Positions 51,463 through 63,536 of a DNA stretch of 64,000 nt are shown in pieces. The notes beneath the pieces are model-generated. The model searched no databases and was not told the DNA's origin. It worked only from the letters and a program-made list of their open reading frames with translations. The translations under genes and the position numbers were made by a program. Origin of the DNA: Octopus sinensis (Eukaryota). Position 1 is the first letter of the stretch. Each line of letters opens with the position of its first letter. The stretch spans positions 67,704,001 to 67,768,000 of the forward strand of contig NC_043007.1 of NCBI RefSeq assembly GCF_006345805.1, given 5' to 3'.

Positions 51463-52554
51463 CTGCAGAGAGAGAAAAAACAGATCTATTATCCAACACT
51501 CCCACTCTGTCTCTTTCCTCCCCCTTCCTTTCTGTTTATCTATCTATCTATTTATTTATCTATTTATCTATATATCTATCTATGACTAATATTAAAGCAA
51601 GTGACTGTCATTGTATTTTCATAAGGGTACTCATGTGTGTGTATATGTGTCTGTGTGCGTCTTTCCGTGTATATGTACACTTTCACATGTGTGAAAATAT
51701 GCAATATATTGTTGCACATTACATGCACACATACACAAACACACATGCATAACTTAAAGTGGATGAGAGGTCTTCTTTTAGATAGACTACTAATGAATTG
51801 TAGGTAACTTTCCCTTTGGTGGGAAGGTTCACAGCATACCAACAAATCACCACATCAATTCTATAACGCTTCTACCTATGTAGTAGGGAGCTTTTACTAT
51901 CTTATGGTCTCTGCTTGCAGCTAGCTGGACGGAACCATGAGAGTAAATTGAATAGATATTAACTACTAATCTCTCTTCTGGTTGTCTGATACCCTGTTTG
52001 ACTTTCATGAATGGTAATATGTACATAAGATAGCCAAAGGAGATGGGGTATTTGCCATAGCTTTTATGAGCTCTCCCAGGCTGGTAATATTGATTTCAAA
52101 TTTTGGCACAAGGCCAGCAATTTCGGGGGAAGGGGTAAGTTGATTACACTGACCCCCAGTGCTCAACTGCTACTTATTTTATTGACTCTGAAAGGTTGAA
52201 AGGCAAAAATCAACCTGAGTGGAATTTGAACTCAGAACATAAAGATGAATGAAATGCCACTAAACATTTTGCTTGATGTGCTAACAATTCTATCAGCTCA
52301 CTGCCTTCCAGGCTGGTAATATTGAGGCCATGTTTATCACTTACTGAACTCAGCTTAAAGGCCCAATGAACTCTGTTAAAATAGCTGGAATTTTAGGTCT
52401 GACAGTCTGTGCTCAACAAAGACTGAAATCAGAATTTTTTACATGCAACATACTTTTGGATGTCATCTGTAAATCTCCATGTATAATATACACAATTTCT
52501 AATACCAAAACAATTGTTAAACTGGGGGTAGGGGGTGTATAATATATGGCTGTA

Positions 52555-52830
52555 AAAGTGTGGCCTTGAGGTTTGGAAATTGGGCTGTCAATCATAAGGT
52601 CAATTATGACTTTGATACCTGGTCTGGGAGGAACATTGTGTCCTTGGGCAAAACACTTTACTTCTCATTGCTCCAGTTGACTCAGTTGAGAATGAGTAGC
52701 AGCAGCAACTGAGAGTTAACCCTGTAAAGGACTGGCATCTTATTCATGGAAGGCAGGTCAGTAACTCTCATAATTGCATATATGCCCATAGAAACTAGGA
52801 TAAGGTGCGGCCTAATGAGCCTTTAGGCTT
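52555..52830 (+). mobile_element. Diverged family-M SINE
   Basis: TTGTGTCCTTGGGCAAAACACTTTAC...TGCTCCAGTTGACTCAG core. Confidence 0.6.
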
Positions 52831-53089
52831 GTGACAGACCTATATAAGATACAGGCTTATTAAACTGCATAGATTATCACACACATTTTTATTAGGAAAA
52901 ACATAATTGATAGAGCTTTATTTTCTTCAGATTATTTTTGTGATGGCTTTGTGGTTAAGAAGTTTACTTCTCAGCCACATGGTTTCAGGTTCAGTCTCAC
53001 TGTATAGCATCATGGCACCCTGGGCTGGTGCCTTTACTATAGCCCCTAGCTTTGTAAATTTGAAAGAAGCCCATTGTGTGTATCTATAT

Positions 53090-54978
53090 ATTGTTGGATC
53101 AGGTGATGAAAGTTATGGAGAGGGTCAAAGCCCAACTAGTTAGGGAGAGAGTTAGTTTAGACAAGATGCAGTCCGGATTTGTACCAGGGAGAAACACCAC
53201 TGATGCTATATTTCTGGTAAGACAGCTGTAGGAGAAATTCCTAGCCAAAAATAAATCTCTGTACTTAGCTTTCATTGACATGGAGAAAGCCTTTGACAGA
53301 GTCCCCCGATCCCTTATCTGGTGGTTAATGCGGAAACTAGAGATAGATGAGTGGCTACTGAGAGCTGTACAAGCCATGTACAGAGATGCTGTCAGTAAGG
53401 TGAGGGTTGGCAATGAGTACAGTAAAGAATTCCAGGTAGAAGTAGGGGTTCACCAAGGATCAGTCCTCAGCCCCCTCTTCTTCATCATAGTTCTCCAGGC
53501 AATTACAGAGGAATTCAAGACAGGCTGCCCTTGGGAGCTCCTCTATGCTGATGACCTTGCTCTATTAGCTGAGTAACTACCAGAACTAGAGAAGAAGTTT
53601 CAGGTGTGGAAGCAAGGTCTAGAATCGAAGGCCTTACAGTCAATCTAGCAAAAACCAAAGTCTTAGTAAGTAGAAAGGCAGACAGATCACAAATCCCTTC
53701 AGGTAGATGGCCCTGCTTGATCTGTAGAAAAGGCATAAGTAGAAATTCCATAAGATGTACCAGGTGTAAGCTATGGACACATAAGAGGTGAAGCAATATC
53801 AAAGGAAGGTTAACTGAGAGGATAGTTTTTGTGTGTGGCAGATGCACAGGGGCAATAAACACCAAAGATGTACAGAAAACAGATTCCATCACTTGCCAGG
53901 GGGAAGAACTAGAAGTAGTTGATAGCTTCCGTCACCTAGGTGACCATGTCAGTAGCAGGGGTGGATGCTCTGAGAGTGTAGCTGCTAGAATAAGAATGAC
54001 CTGGGCAAGGTTCAGAGAGCTCCTACCTCTGCTGGTGACAAAGGACCTTACAAACTCAGAGTGAAAGGTAAACTGTATAATCCCTGTGTGAACAACCATG
54101 CTACATGGTAGTGAAACATGTGATTGCTGAGGACAGGTGAAAGTTTGAAAGAAATGAAGCTAGTATGCTCTGCTGGATGTGTAATGTCAATGTGCATACA
54201 CGACAGAGTGTAAGTGCCCTGAGAGAAAAGTTGGGCATAAGAAGCATCAGATGTGGTATGCAAGAGAGATGACTGTATTGGTATGGCCATGTGTTGTGTG
54301 TTGCATATGGATGAAGACAGCTGTGTGAAGAAGTGTCACACCCTAACAGTGGAGGGAGCTTGTGGAAGAGGTAGACCCAGGAAGACATGGGTTGAGGTGG
54401 TGAAGCACAACCTTCAAACATTGGGCCTTACCGAGGCAATGACATGCAACCAAGTCCTTCGGAGATATGCTGTGCTTGAGAAGACTCAGCAAGCCAAGTG
54501 AGATTGTAGCTGTGGCCAATGCCAGTGTTGCATAATTGGCCCATTTAAAAGTAGCCTTCAATCATCAGGCAATATGCTGTGCATGAGAAGATCTGTTGAG
54601 CCAGTGGCATGTAAAGTGCACCAATTGAGCATGGCTGATGTCAGTGCCACCTGTCTGGCACTCGTGCTGGTTACACTTAAAATGTACCATTTTTGTGTCA
54701 CCCATGCCACTGTTGCCTTACTAGCATCCATGCTGGTGGCACATAAAAAGCACCATTTGAGCGTGGTTGATGCTAGTACCACCTGACTGGCTCCCATGCT
54801 GGTGGCACGTAAAAGCACCCACTACACTCTCGGAGTGGTTGGCGTTTGGAAGGGCATCCAGCTGTAGAAACTCTGCAAGATCAAATTGGAGTCTGGTGCA
54901 GCCATCTGGTTCGCCAGACCTCAGTCAAATCGTCCAACCCATGCTAGCATGGAAAGCAGATGTTAAACGATGATGATG
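53090..54978 (+). mobile_element. 5'-truncated RTE-clade LINE (RT domain to (GAT)n tail), inactivated by stops and frameshifts, inserted in the microsatellite of a family-A SINE (head 52940-53085)
   Basis: QSGFVPGRNTTDAIF...FIDMEKAFDRVP...GVHQGSVLSPLFF...ELLYADDL...VNLAKTKV...GRGRPRKTW. Confidence 0.95.
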
Positions 54979-55327
54979 ATATATATATATAGTTCATAGA
55001 AGAGAATCAGATATTCTCTGTATAAAATATATTTAGTAGTGCTCAAGGGATTTAAACTTGAGCAAATAGAGAAGTAAATGTAAAGATAAGCGAGTTAGGC
55101 AGCTCAATATACAAAATATACTAAATACATGAAACACAAAAAATCTATATATGTTTATATACAAAAAGATCCGTCTTACACAGTCCTTACATTTATCTGT
55201 ATGTGTGTGTGTTTTGTATGCAGTTAAGTCTATGACCAGACAGACTTAATTGCATATAAATACATTACTGTTCTATGTTTTAGAGTGTGCTTCTTTTATG
55301 GATATATGATACATTGATGAATATATA

Positions 55328-55370
<43 letters not shown>

Positions 55371-55381
55371 ATATATATATA

Positions 55382-55603
55382 CAGTAATCCCTCGACTATT
55401 GCGGATGTTATGTTCCAAAACCTCCCATAGAAATAATTAAAATCTAAAAAGATATAAATACCTGTCAGCCAGAGAAACCTGTGATATACTTAGGAGTCCC
55501 AATATAAATCAACAAGTATTAGCCAGAAAATTCCATGATGTACTGAGAACAGCGATGTTCTGAGAGCGAGATAGGTAAACCGCAATATGGCGAAGGATTA
55601 CTG
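55382..55603. mobile_element. pogo/Tigger-type MITE with TA TSD
   Basis: TA-CAGTAATCCCTCGACTATTGCGG ... CCGCAATATGGCGAAGGATTACTG-TA. Confidence 0.8.
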
Positions 55604-55710
55604 TATATAGATCGTTAACTCCTACACGCATCTTTTTCTCTCCTTGTTTCTCTCCTTTTTTTCTCTCCATTTTTTCTCTCCTTGTTTCTATCCTTGTTTT
55701 CTTCTGTGTA

Positions 55711-55750
55711 TCTTTCTGTCGAAGAGGGTAGGCTCGAAACGTAAAAGACT
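55711..55750 (+). ncRNA. Degenerate minimal hammerhead-ribozyme-like motif in a probable Penelope terminal fragment (about 55620-55845)
   Basis: TCGAAGA-G(GGTAGGCT)C-GAAA-CGT-A resembles CUGANGA/stem II/GAAA/palindromic stem III; the core is imperfect and stem I is weak. Confidence 0.35.
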
Positions 55751-55974
55751 TTTTTCTATTCCTGAGCACTATACTAATACATTTGTTTGTTTGTACTCCA
55801 CCTGCCTTCGTCTTTTGTTTATTTTCGTAAACTTTCCCTTTATATATATATATATATCATCATCATCGTTTAGCGTCTGCTTTCCATGCTAGCATGGGTA
55901 TATAAATTTATAATTAAGGTTACAAGACAGTACCAGTGTTGCTGGAATATGAGTCGAAAAATACTCAAATAACC

Positions 55975-56152
55975 CACTGAAAATTTAACAAGCTGATGAA
56001 ATCAAGGAGTGAGTAAAATGCCAACCTACCATTGAGAGTGAAAGATGCAAATGAGTATATCTGCAAATTCATTTGCACCTTTCCCCCTCTATGGTTGTAT
56101 GGTTGGCTTTTTACTAGCTCCTTGATTTCATCAGCTTGTTAAATTTTCAGTG
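55975..56152. mobile_element. Fold-back MITE with 35-bp perfect terminal inverted repeats
   Basis: CACTGAAAATTTAACAAGCTGATGAAATCAAGGAG / CTCCTTGATTTCATCAGCTTGTTAAATTTTCAGTG; imperfect pairing continues inward. Confidence 0.8.
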
Positions 56153-56328
56153 ATATTGTTGCTGTGTGTGTGTGTATGTGTATGTATGCAATGGGGGAGA
56201 GTTAATATATCCTTGTTTCAACTTTAGTGGTGTCGTTTGCTTCTAGTCAACAGTGAAACCATGTCTGGCCATGGGGAAATATTACCTCACCTGGAAATAG
56301 GTGAGGGTTGGCAACAGGTGGAGCATCT

Positions 56329-57100
56329 TATTTCTTTTCTACCCACAAGGGGCTACACACACAGGGGACAAACAGATTAAGTCGATTATATTGACCCCAG
56401 TGTGCAACTGGTACTTATTTAATCGACCCTGAAAGGATGAAAGGCAAAATCGACCTTGGCGGAATTTGAACTCAGAACGTAACGGCAGACAAAATACCCA
56501 TTTCTTTGCTACCCACAAGGGGCTACACACAGAGGGGACAAACAAGGACAGACAAACAGATTAAGTCGATTATATCAACCCCAGTGTGTAACTGGTACTT
56601 ATTTAATCGACCCCGAAAGGATGAAAGGCAAAGTCAACCTCGGCAGAATTTGAACTCAGAATGTAGCGGCAGATGAAATACCTATTTCTTTACTACCCAC
56701 AAGGGGCTAAACACAGAGGGGACAAACAAGGACAGACAAACCGATTAAGTCAATTATATCAACCCAAGTGTGCAACTGGTACTTAATTTATTGACCCCGA
56801 AAGGATGAAAGGCAAAGTCGACCTCATTGGAATTTGAACTCAGAACATAGTGGCAGACAAAATACCTATTTCTTTACTACCGAGAAGGGGCTAAACACAG
56901 AGAGGACAAACAAGGACAGACACACGGATTAAGTCGATTACATTGACCCCAGTGCATAACTGGTACTTAATTTATCTACCCCGAAAGGATGAAAGGCAAA
57001 GTTGACCTCGGCGGAATTTGAACTCAGAATGTAGCGGCAGACGAAATACCACTAAGCATTTCGCCCAGCATGCTGACGTTTCTGCCAGTTCGCCGCCTTC
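56329..57100 (-). mobile_element. Tetrameric family-B SINE (one head + four ~180-bp bodies) bounded by a 17-bp TSD
   Basis: CAACAGGTGGAGCATCT at 56312-56328 and 57101-57117; four repeats of GAAAGGATGAAAGGCAAA..CGACC...GGAATTTGAACTCAG. Confidence 0.9.
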
Positions 57101-57394
57101 CAACAGGTGGAGCATCTGGCTGTAGAAAATCTTCCTCGATGATTCCATGTGAGTCATGCGAGCATGGAAATGTGGACGTTTAAACAATGATGATGTATGC
57201 ATGTATGTGTACATGCTTATGTATGTTTGTATGTGTGTGTGTGTGCGTGTTCTTGTTTTGACATTGGGTGATGGCTGTAAACAAATATCACCATCATAGT
57301 GGTGTTGCTCATTTCCAGTCTTGTGTCAAACCATTTCCAGTCATGATGGAATATTACCATTCTTACAAACTGGTGAGCATTGGTAACAGGAAAG

Positions 57395-58400
57395 CAAAGG
57401 TGGGCACTGTTAATTGAAAAGTTAACTTTGTTCAACGTTAATCCATTAACCAAAAAGTTAACTTCGATAACCATTAATCAGTTAATTCTTTAAAAATGTA
57501 ACAGAAGTTATTGATAAACCATTAACATTAATTTTTGTTATAGAAAAACAAAAATCAGTTTTTGCTCTTAAACCACCTAAAAACACCTTTAAAGCATGTC
57601 AAAACTATAAAATCAACCTTTTTTGGCCCTTTTAAGGACTTTAGGACCCAATAACTATAGTTTTTTTTCTTCATTTTGCTTTAGAGTTAAAAAATGATGA
57701 TTTTTATAGTTTTAACTTTTAATTAAAAGACCTAAAAAGGGCTGATTTCATAGTTATGGCCCTTTTTTTTTGAGGTTTTTAAGCTTTTAGAGCCAGAAAA
57801 GGATAAAAAAATTCAAATGATACACAATATTAGTATTTAATACTAAAAAAGTTTATTGATAAAGTGGCCATAAAAAATTTTTTTTTTAAATGGAAAACAA
57901 TATATACATAATATAATTTTTCCTCTTCTTCTCACTCTCCATTTTGTTCATGAGATGCTTGTTGCCTTTCATGAAAATTAGCATGCCAAACTTTTCATCT
58001 TGGCCCTCAAGATGTCCTTGTCTATGGAGAACAAAGGCTCCACTGCAGTACTGGAAGGGATGGCCGTGTTGAACTTAATGAACAAGTCCACCACACTTGC
58101 TCACCCAAGAAGGCAGCATCTGTTAGCAAGTCCTTGGAGTTGGTCTCCAAACAAGTCTTGACCAAATTCTGGGCTTTGTCTTTGAGTGACCTGTGGATCC
58201 TGCTGCTCTCTTTTGGATGGGTGACACTGCTGAAGAAGTCATCCTCCTCTTCGCTGTTGCTGCCTCCACCATTGCTGCTCACTTTGTCAGACTGCTGCCT
58301 CATGGCCTCCTCGACCTTATCCTCCATGTTTTTCCTCACCTTAGCGACCATGATGTTGTCATACTTATCCAACCAGATGAGGAGAAACCTGAAGTGGAAG
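57395..58400 (-). mobile_element. hAT transposon 3' part: transposase dimerization-domain remnant + terminal repeat
   Basis: After a frameshift, VDLFIKFNTAIPSSTAVEPLFS matches the hAT C-terminal motif (YNTxxPSSAxVERLFS); terminus CAAAGGTGGGCA. Confidence 0.75.
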
Positions 58401-58639
58401 ACAACAACAACAATGATGATTATGATGATGATGATGAATATATTCTATAAAATATGCAATTTTAGATACTAATATATTGGATTATCACAGATTATCTCCT
58501 CTTGAAGAAGTTGCACAATATTGCGTGTTACATAAAGGATTATAGATTTTAAAGACAATTTAAGCCCCCAATGTTAAGATGTGTGTTCATCATCATCATC
58601 ATCATCACCATCATCACCATCAACATTATCATCTTTGTT

Positions 58640-58674
<35 letters not shown>

Positions 58675-58903
58675 TTAATGTCCATGTTCCCAGGCTTGCA
58701 TAGGTTGGAAAGAATTTGTTGAGACAGATTTTTTCCACAGTTGGATGCTATTCCTGTCCTCAACTCTCACCTGTTTCCAAGCAAAGTGATATTATATTTC
58801 TCCATGGTCAGACATAGATTTTACAGAAAACTGGGAGCAAACGACATTGCTTGCATGATGGTGATGCTTGCTTACAACCATTACATGCATACACATACAT
58901 ATG

Positions 58904-58934
<31 letters not shown>

Positions 58935-58964
58935 ATACATATATGCATACATTTTTTTTTGTGG

Positions 58965-59140
58965 GGGCATGTGGTTTAGTGGTTAGAGTTTTAGATTCAT
59001 GATTGTAAGATGGTGGTTTCGATTCCTGGGTTGGGCGACATGTGTTCTTGAGCTAAACACTTCATTTGACAATACTTCAATTTGCTCAGCTGGCAAAAAT
59101 GAAAATTTCCTGCGACGAACCAGTGCCCCATCCATCTGAA
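58965..59140 (+). mobile_element. Family-M SINE fragment
   Basis: A box TGGTTTAGTGG, B box GTTTCGATTCC, GTGTTCTTGAGCTAAACAC core. Confidence 0.7.
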
Positions 59141-59144
59141 GAAT

Positions 59145-59558
59145 ATATACATACATACATGCATACATACATGCATACATACATACATACATACATACAT
59201 ACATACATACATACATACATACATACATACGTACACACATACATATATACACAAAGGTATCATCAGAAGTTCGTTGATGACTGTCTAATTAAAATGTCGC
59301 TAGCCTGGGTGTCAAGGCAGAACAGATTTCCTCTCTCTCTCTTCTCTCTCTCTTTTCTCTTTCTTTCTCTCTCTCTCTCTCTCTTCTACGTTGAGACTAT
59401 CAGAATACAATGATGACAATATTTCAAAGTTCTGATTATAACTACATAAATGCCTATATCTACACACGCACACATACACGTACGCAAACACAAACACACA
59501 CACACATACATACATATGTACATACATACATACGTACATACATACATACATACATACA

Positions 59559-59592
<34 letters not shown>

Positions 59593-59620
59593 CATACATA
59601 CATACATACTACATGCATGC
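59145..59620. repeat. Two long (TACA)n arrays and a (CT)n tract
   Basis: Direct inspection. Confidence 0.95.
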
Positions 59621-60169
59621 TTGCATACAATGATGACTTTGACTTCTTAGTGAAGTGTTATCAATGATCCCTTAACAGAAGCCAATAAAGGAGTCTCTTG
59701 GCAGTCACTTACTCTACAAGAAAACATTGAAATCTCCCTTAAATCTCGCCCCTGCCACCTTAAAAGAATGGAAGGATTATATTGAACAGTAGAGTTTCTA
59801 GATATATAAAAGATGAATAAGTTGTCTTTGATTATATGTCTGTTTGATTAGATTTGACCTGGGATCTCACCTGAAGATATCTGTGAGTAACAGCAAGAAT
59901 TGATGTAATACATAATTAGGAATTAACGATTTTGTTTTCTCAGAGATCACATGGTAATCTAATTAACATGTCAGTTCTCCTGCACCATGTAAAGGTTGAC
60001 TGTTTAGGCTGTCGGATGTTGTGTTTTCTTTTTTTTTTTTTGTATTGTTATTATTGTTATTATTATTCCTAGCAAAGATAATTACTTATTTTGATTGGTT
60101 GTCTTAGAAGTTAAATAGCATCTCTGTCCCATCCGTAACTAATAAGGGGGAAATGAAGGCTTAAACAGA

Positions 60170-60555
60170 AATGTCCATGATGATGATGATAGTAGTGGCG
60201 GTGGTGGTGGTGGTGGTGGTGGTGGTGTGATAACAACAGTGGTGGAGTGGGGGCTAATGGTGATGGCGGTGTTAATAGTTGTGATGGTGGTGGTGTTAAT
60301 AGTGGTTGTAGTGGTGTGATGATGACAGTGGTAGTGGTGGTGATGGTGATGAGGAGGAAGAGGAAGAGGAGGAGGCTGATGAGGATGTTTGATAATGATG
60401 ATGGTCATTAGGGTGATGATGAGGTGGTGGAGGGTGAGAGTGGTATTGGTGGTAGTGATGTTGAGGATCATGGCAGCAATAGTGATAATAGTGGTGGTGG
60501 TGGTGACAGTAGTGATAATGAAAATGTTTGGTGTTGTTGTTGTTGTTGTTGTTTA
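60170..60555. repeat. Compound (GGT)/(GAT)/(GTT) trinucleotide tract
   Basis: Direct inspection. Confidence 0.9.
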
Positions 60556-61649
60556 ACACAATATCAGATCTGACTGAGCAGCTCTGTAATCAAAGGCATT
60601 CTTCCAGCAGTGATCACCTCATCTTTTTTCAAGATAATCAGATGTGATTTCAGAGAAACTTGACTGCTATTTCTAGCAGAATGAGTAATCGCATGAAGGA
60701 TGATGATGATGATGATGGTGGTGGTAGTGGAGAGTGATAAAGATAGGGGTGACGGGCTGGGAATGACAGTAATAATGGTAGAAGAGCAGTGTACATGAAT
60801 CTTTCCGGGATGGATTTCCAAGAGAAATTATCCTAAAACTGGATACTTGGGTCAAAACTTTGCAGCAGAATGGACTTTGCTAAAGGCATCCAGGGAACAG
60901 GTGGTGGTGTTAAATAAGAAGAAAGATTATGTCTACCACCCATGTAGGCTACAGCAGGATTTGAACTCAGAACACAAAGAGCTAGAATAAAAATCACATG
61001 GTGTTATATGTGGTGCTCTAACAATTCTCTCAGTTCATTTCCTAAAACTGATGCTTCAATTATTGATCTTGGAAAAATAAAAAGTAAAGTTGGCCACAGC
61101 AGGATTTGAACTCTGATGCAAAAAACCAGAACAAATACTAAAAATTTCAGTGGTTATTCCAATGACTGCTAGTTTTTCCTTCCATGCCACGATATCAAAT
61201 TATCTGAAATTCCATATTGCCTGTTTTGTCTCTTAGCTTTGAAACCTTATCTAAGTATGTTACCAAATACTTCTTTTACTAACTTTGAGTGGTGCTGGAG
61301 TAAAAGGTTAAGTAGATCTTGGCGAGGCATAGCACTAAAAAACAGAAAAAACCCCCCAGAAAACCAGTACCTTAACCCATTGTTACCATATTTCTGTTGA
61401 AATACACTACTGACATTGTTTTAATTAATTTAGAAAATAATGAATATAGGCAGAGATGTGACTGTGTGGTAAGAAGCTTGCTTCCCAACCACATGGTTCT
61501 AAGTGCAATTCCACTGCGTGTCACCTTGGGTAAGTGTCTTCTACTATAGCTTTGGGCTGACCAAAGCCTTGTGAGTGGATTTGGTAGATGGAAACTGAAA
61601 GAAGCCTGTTGTACATATGTGTGTGTATGTGTGTGTGTGTGTGTGTGAA

Positions 61650-62345
61650 ATATCATCATCATCATCATTTAATATCCATTGTCCATGCTGGCATGGGTTG
61701 GCCGGTTTGACTAGGGCTGGCAAGCTAGTCTGATTTGGCATGGTTTCTATGGTTGGATGCCCTTACTAACGTCAATCACTCTGAGAATGTAATGGGTGTC
61801 TTTTATGTACCACTGGCATAGGTGCCATTTGCATGACACTAATATCTGCCATGAATATAATTTTAGTTGGCTTGATGGGTTTTCTCAAGCATGGTACAAT
61901 GCCAAAGGTCTTGGTCATTCATCATTTATCCACCATGAGGCACAACATTCAAAAGGTGCTTCTTACATGTCACCAGCATGGATGCCAGTTATGTGACACC
62001 AGCATTGGCCACGACTATGATTTCCCTTGGCTTGACAGGACTACTTAAGCACAGTATATACCAAAGGTCTCGGTCACTAGTTATTACCTCTGTGAGGCCT
62101 AAAGTTCAAAGATCATGCTCCACCATCTCATCCCATGTCTTTCTGGGTCTACCTCTACCACAAGTTTCCTTCCACAATTAGAGATTGGCACTTCTTTACA
62201 CAGCTGTCCTCGTCCATATGCATCACATGACCATACCAGTGCAGTTGTCTCTCTTGCACACCAGACCTGATGCCTCTTATGCCCAACTTTTCTCTCAAGT
62301 TGATTCCACTCTGTCATACATGCACAGCGACATTGCACTGGTGTA
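61650..62345 (-). mobile_element. RTE 3' end (thumb + 3'UTR with a ~160-bp internal duplication), next to the microsatellite of a family-A SINE (61445-61650)
   Basis: rc encodes EKLGIRGIRSGVQERQLHWYGHVMHMDEDSCVKKC...GRGRPRKTWDEMVEHDL. Confidence 0.85.
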
Positions 62346-63497
62346 TATATATATATATATATATACATGCTGAACCCTAATTATAATTATACTCATAATT
62401 ATAAAAAATATTGTTTAAGTTTACCGATAATGGTCCTTTTAACATGCCGAATACTACTTGGTGGAATTATTAATTATAAATTAATTAATTAATTAATTTT
62501 ACCCTTATTATTATATATAAATATATATACACACACATATATACATATATCTGTGTATGTATATATATAGATATATTGGCATTAGGAAGGGCATCCAGCC
62601 ATAGAAACACTGCCAAATCTGACTGGGCCTGATGAAGCCTTCCAGCTTCACAGACCCCAGTTAAACCGTCCAACCCATGCTAGCATGGAAAACGGACACT
62701 AAATGATGATGATATATATATATATATATATACATATTTATATATGTGTGTGTGTATGTATGTGTGTGTATGTGGTGTGTGTGTGTGTGTGTGTATGTTT
62801 TTGCGTATGTGTTTGTCCACCACCACTGCTTGACAACCGATGTTGGTTTGTTTACATCCCCATAATTCAGTGGTTTGGCAAAAAGAGACTGATAGAATGA
62901 GTATCAGACCCCACCCCCACCCCCACCCCAAATAAATAAATACTGGACTTGATTCGTTTGACTAACAGTTCTTCAGAGCAGTGTCCCAACATGGCTGCAG
63001 TGTAATGGCCAAAAAAGATATAAAAAAAAAAGATAGATGAAGATAATTCAGTAAAATAACTTTGTCCTTATTAAGCTGATATTTGGAACTTAAATTAGTG
63101 TGAAATTTTGATGGAAGATTTTAATTCAGATCTCTTTAAAACAGGAAGTTTGTGTCATTGAAGCTGGAATGGTCTTAGGTGGGTTGGTGTCAAAAGAGTT
63201 AAATCATTGAGGTGCTAAGTTATCAAACTACTTCCACGAATGTACAGCATTCAAAAATCCACCGTTGCCAACCTTATCGTCTGAAATTAAGTGAACGTTG
63301 CATGATGGGATATCATGCTAATGAGTCATTATGAAAACTGGACAAGATTTGACAAGACAGAAGTACATAAACTTTTCTGTCATTTACATAACTTGTGTGA
63401 ATCATGCTTGCAAGGTTGTTCCAACTTGAGATAGATTTAAAATTAGAATTACACGAAAGTGAACAGTGAAACTCACACACACCACACACACATACAT

Positions 63498-63536
<39 letters not shown>

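Larger units (their letters stand above)
46000..51500. promoter_or_regulatory. CpG-retaining, mostly non-repetitive domain spanning the first coding exon and the start of intron 1 (putative unmethylated regulatory region)
   Basis: By eye, CG dinucleotides are much denser here than in the rest of the window; not computed. Confidence 0.45.

Noticed and set aside
56329-57100. Regularly spaced repeats resembling a CRISPR array (also 703-1290, 6950-7165)
   Set aside because: The whole units are homologous with no unique spacers, the context is eukaryotic and no cas genes are present.
58022-58372. 116-aa ORF as a host gene
   Set aside because: It is part of a frameshifted hAT transposase remnant.
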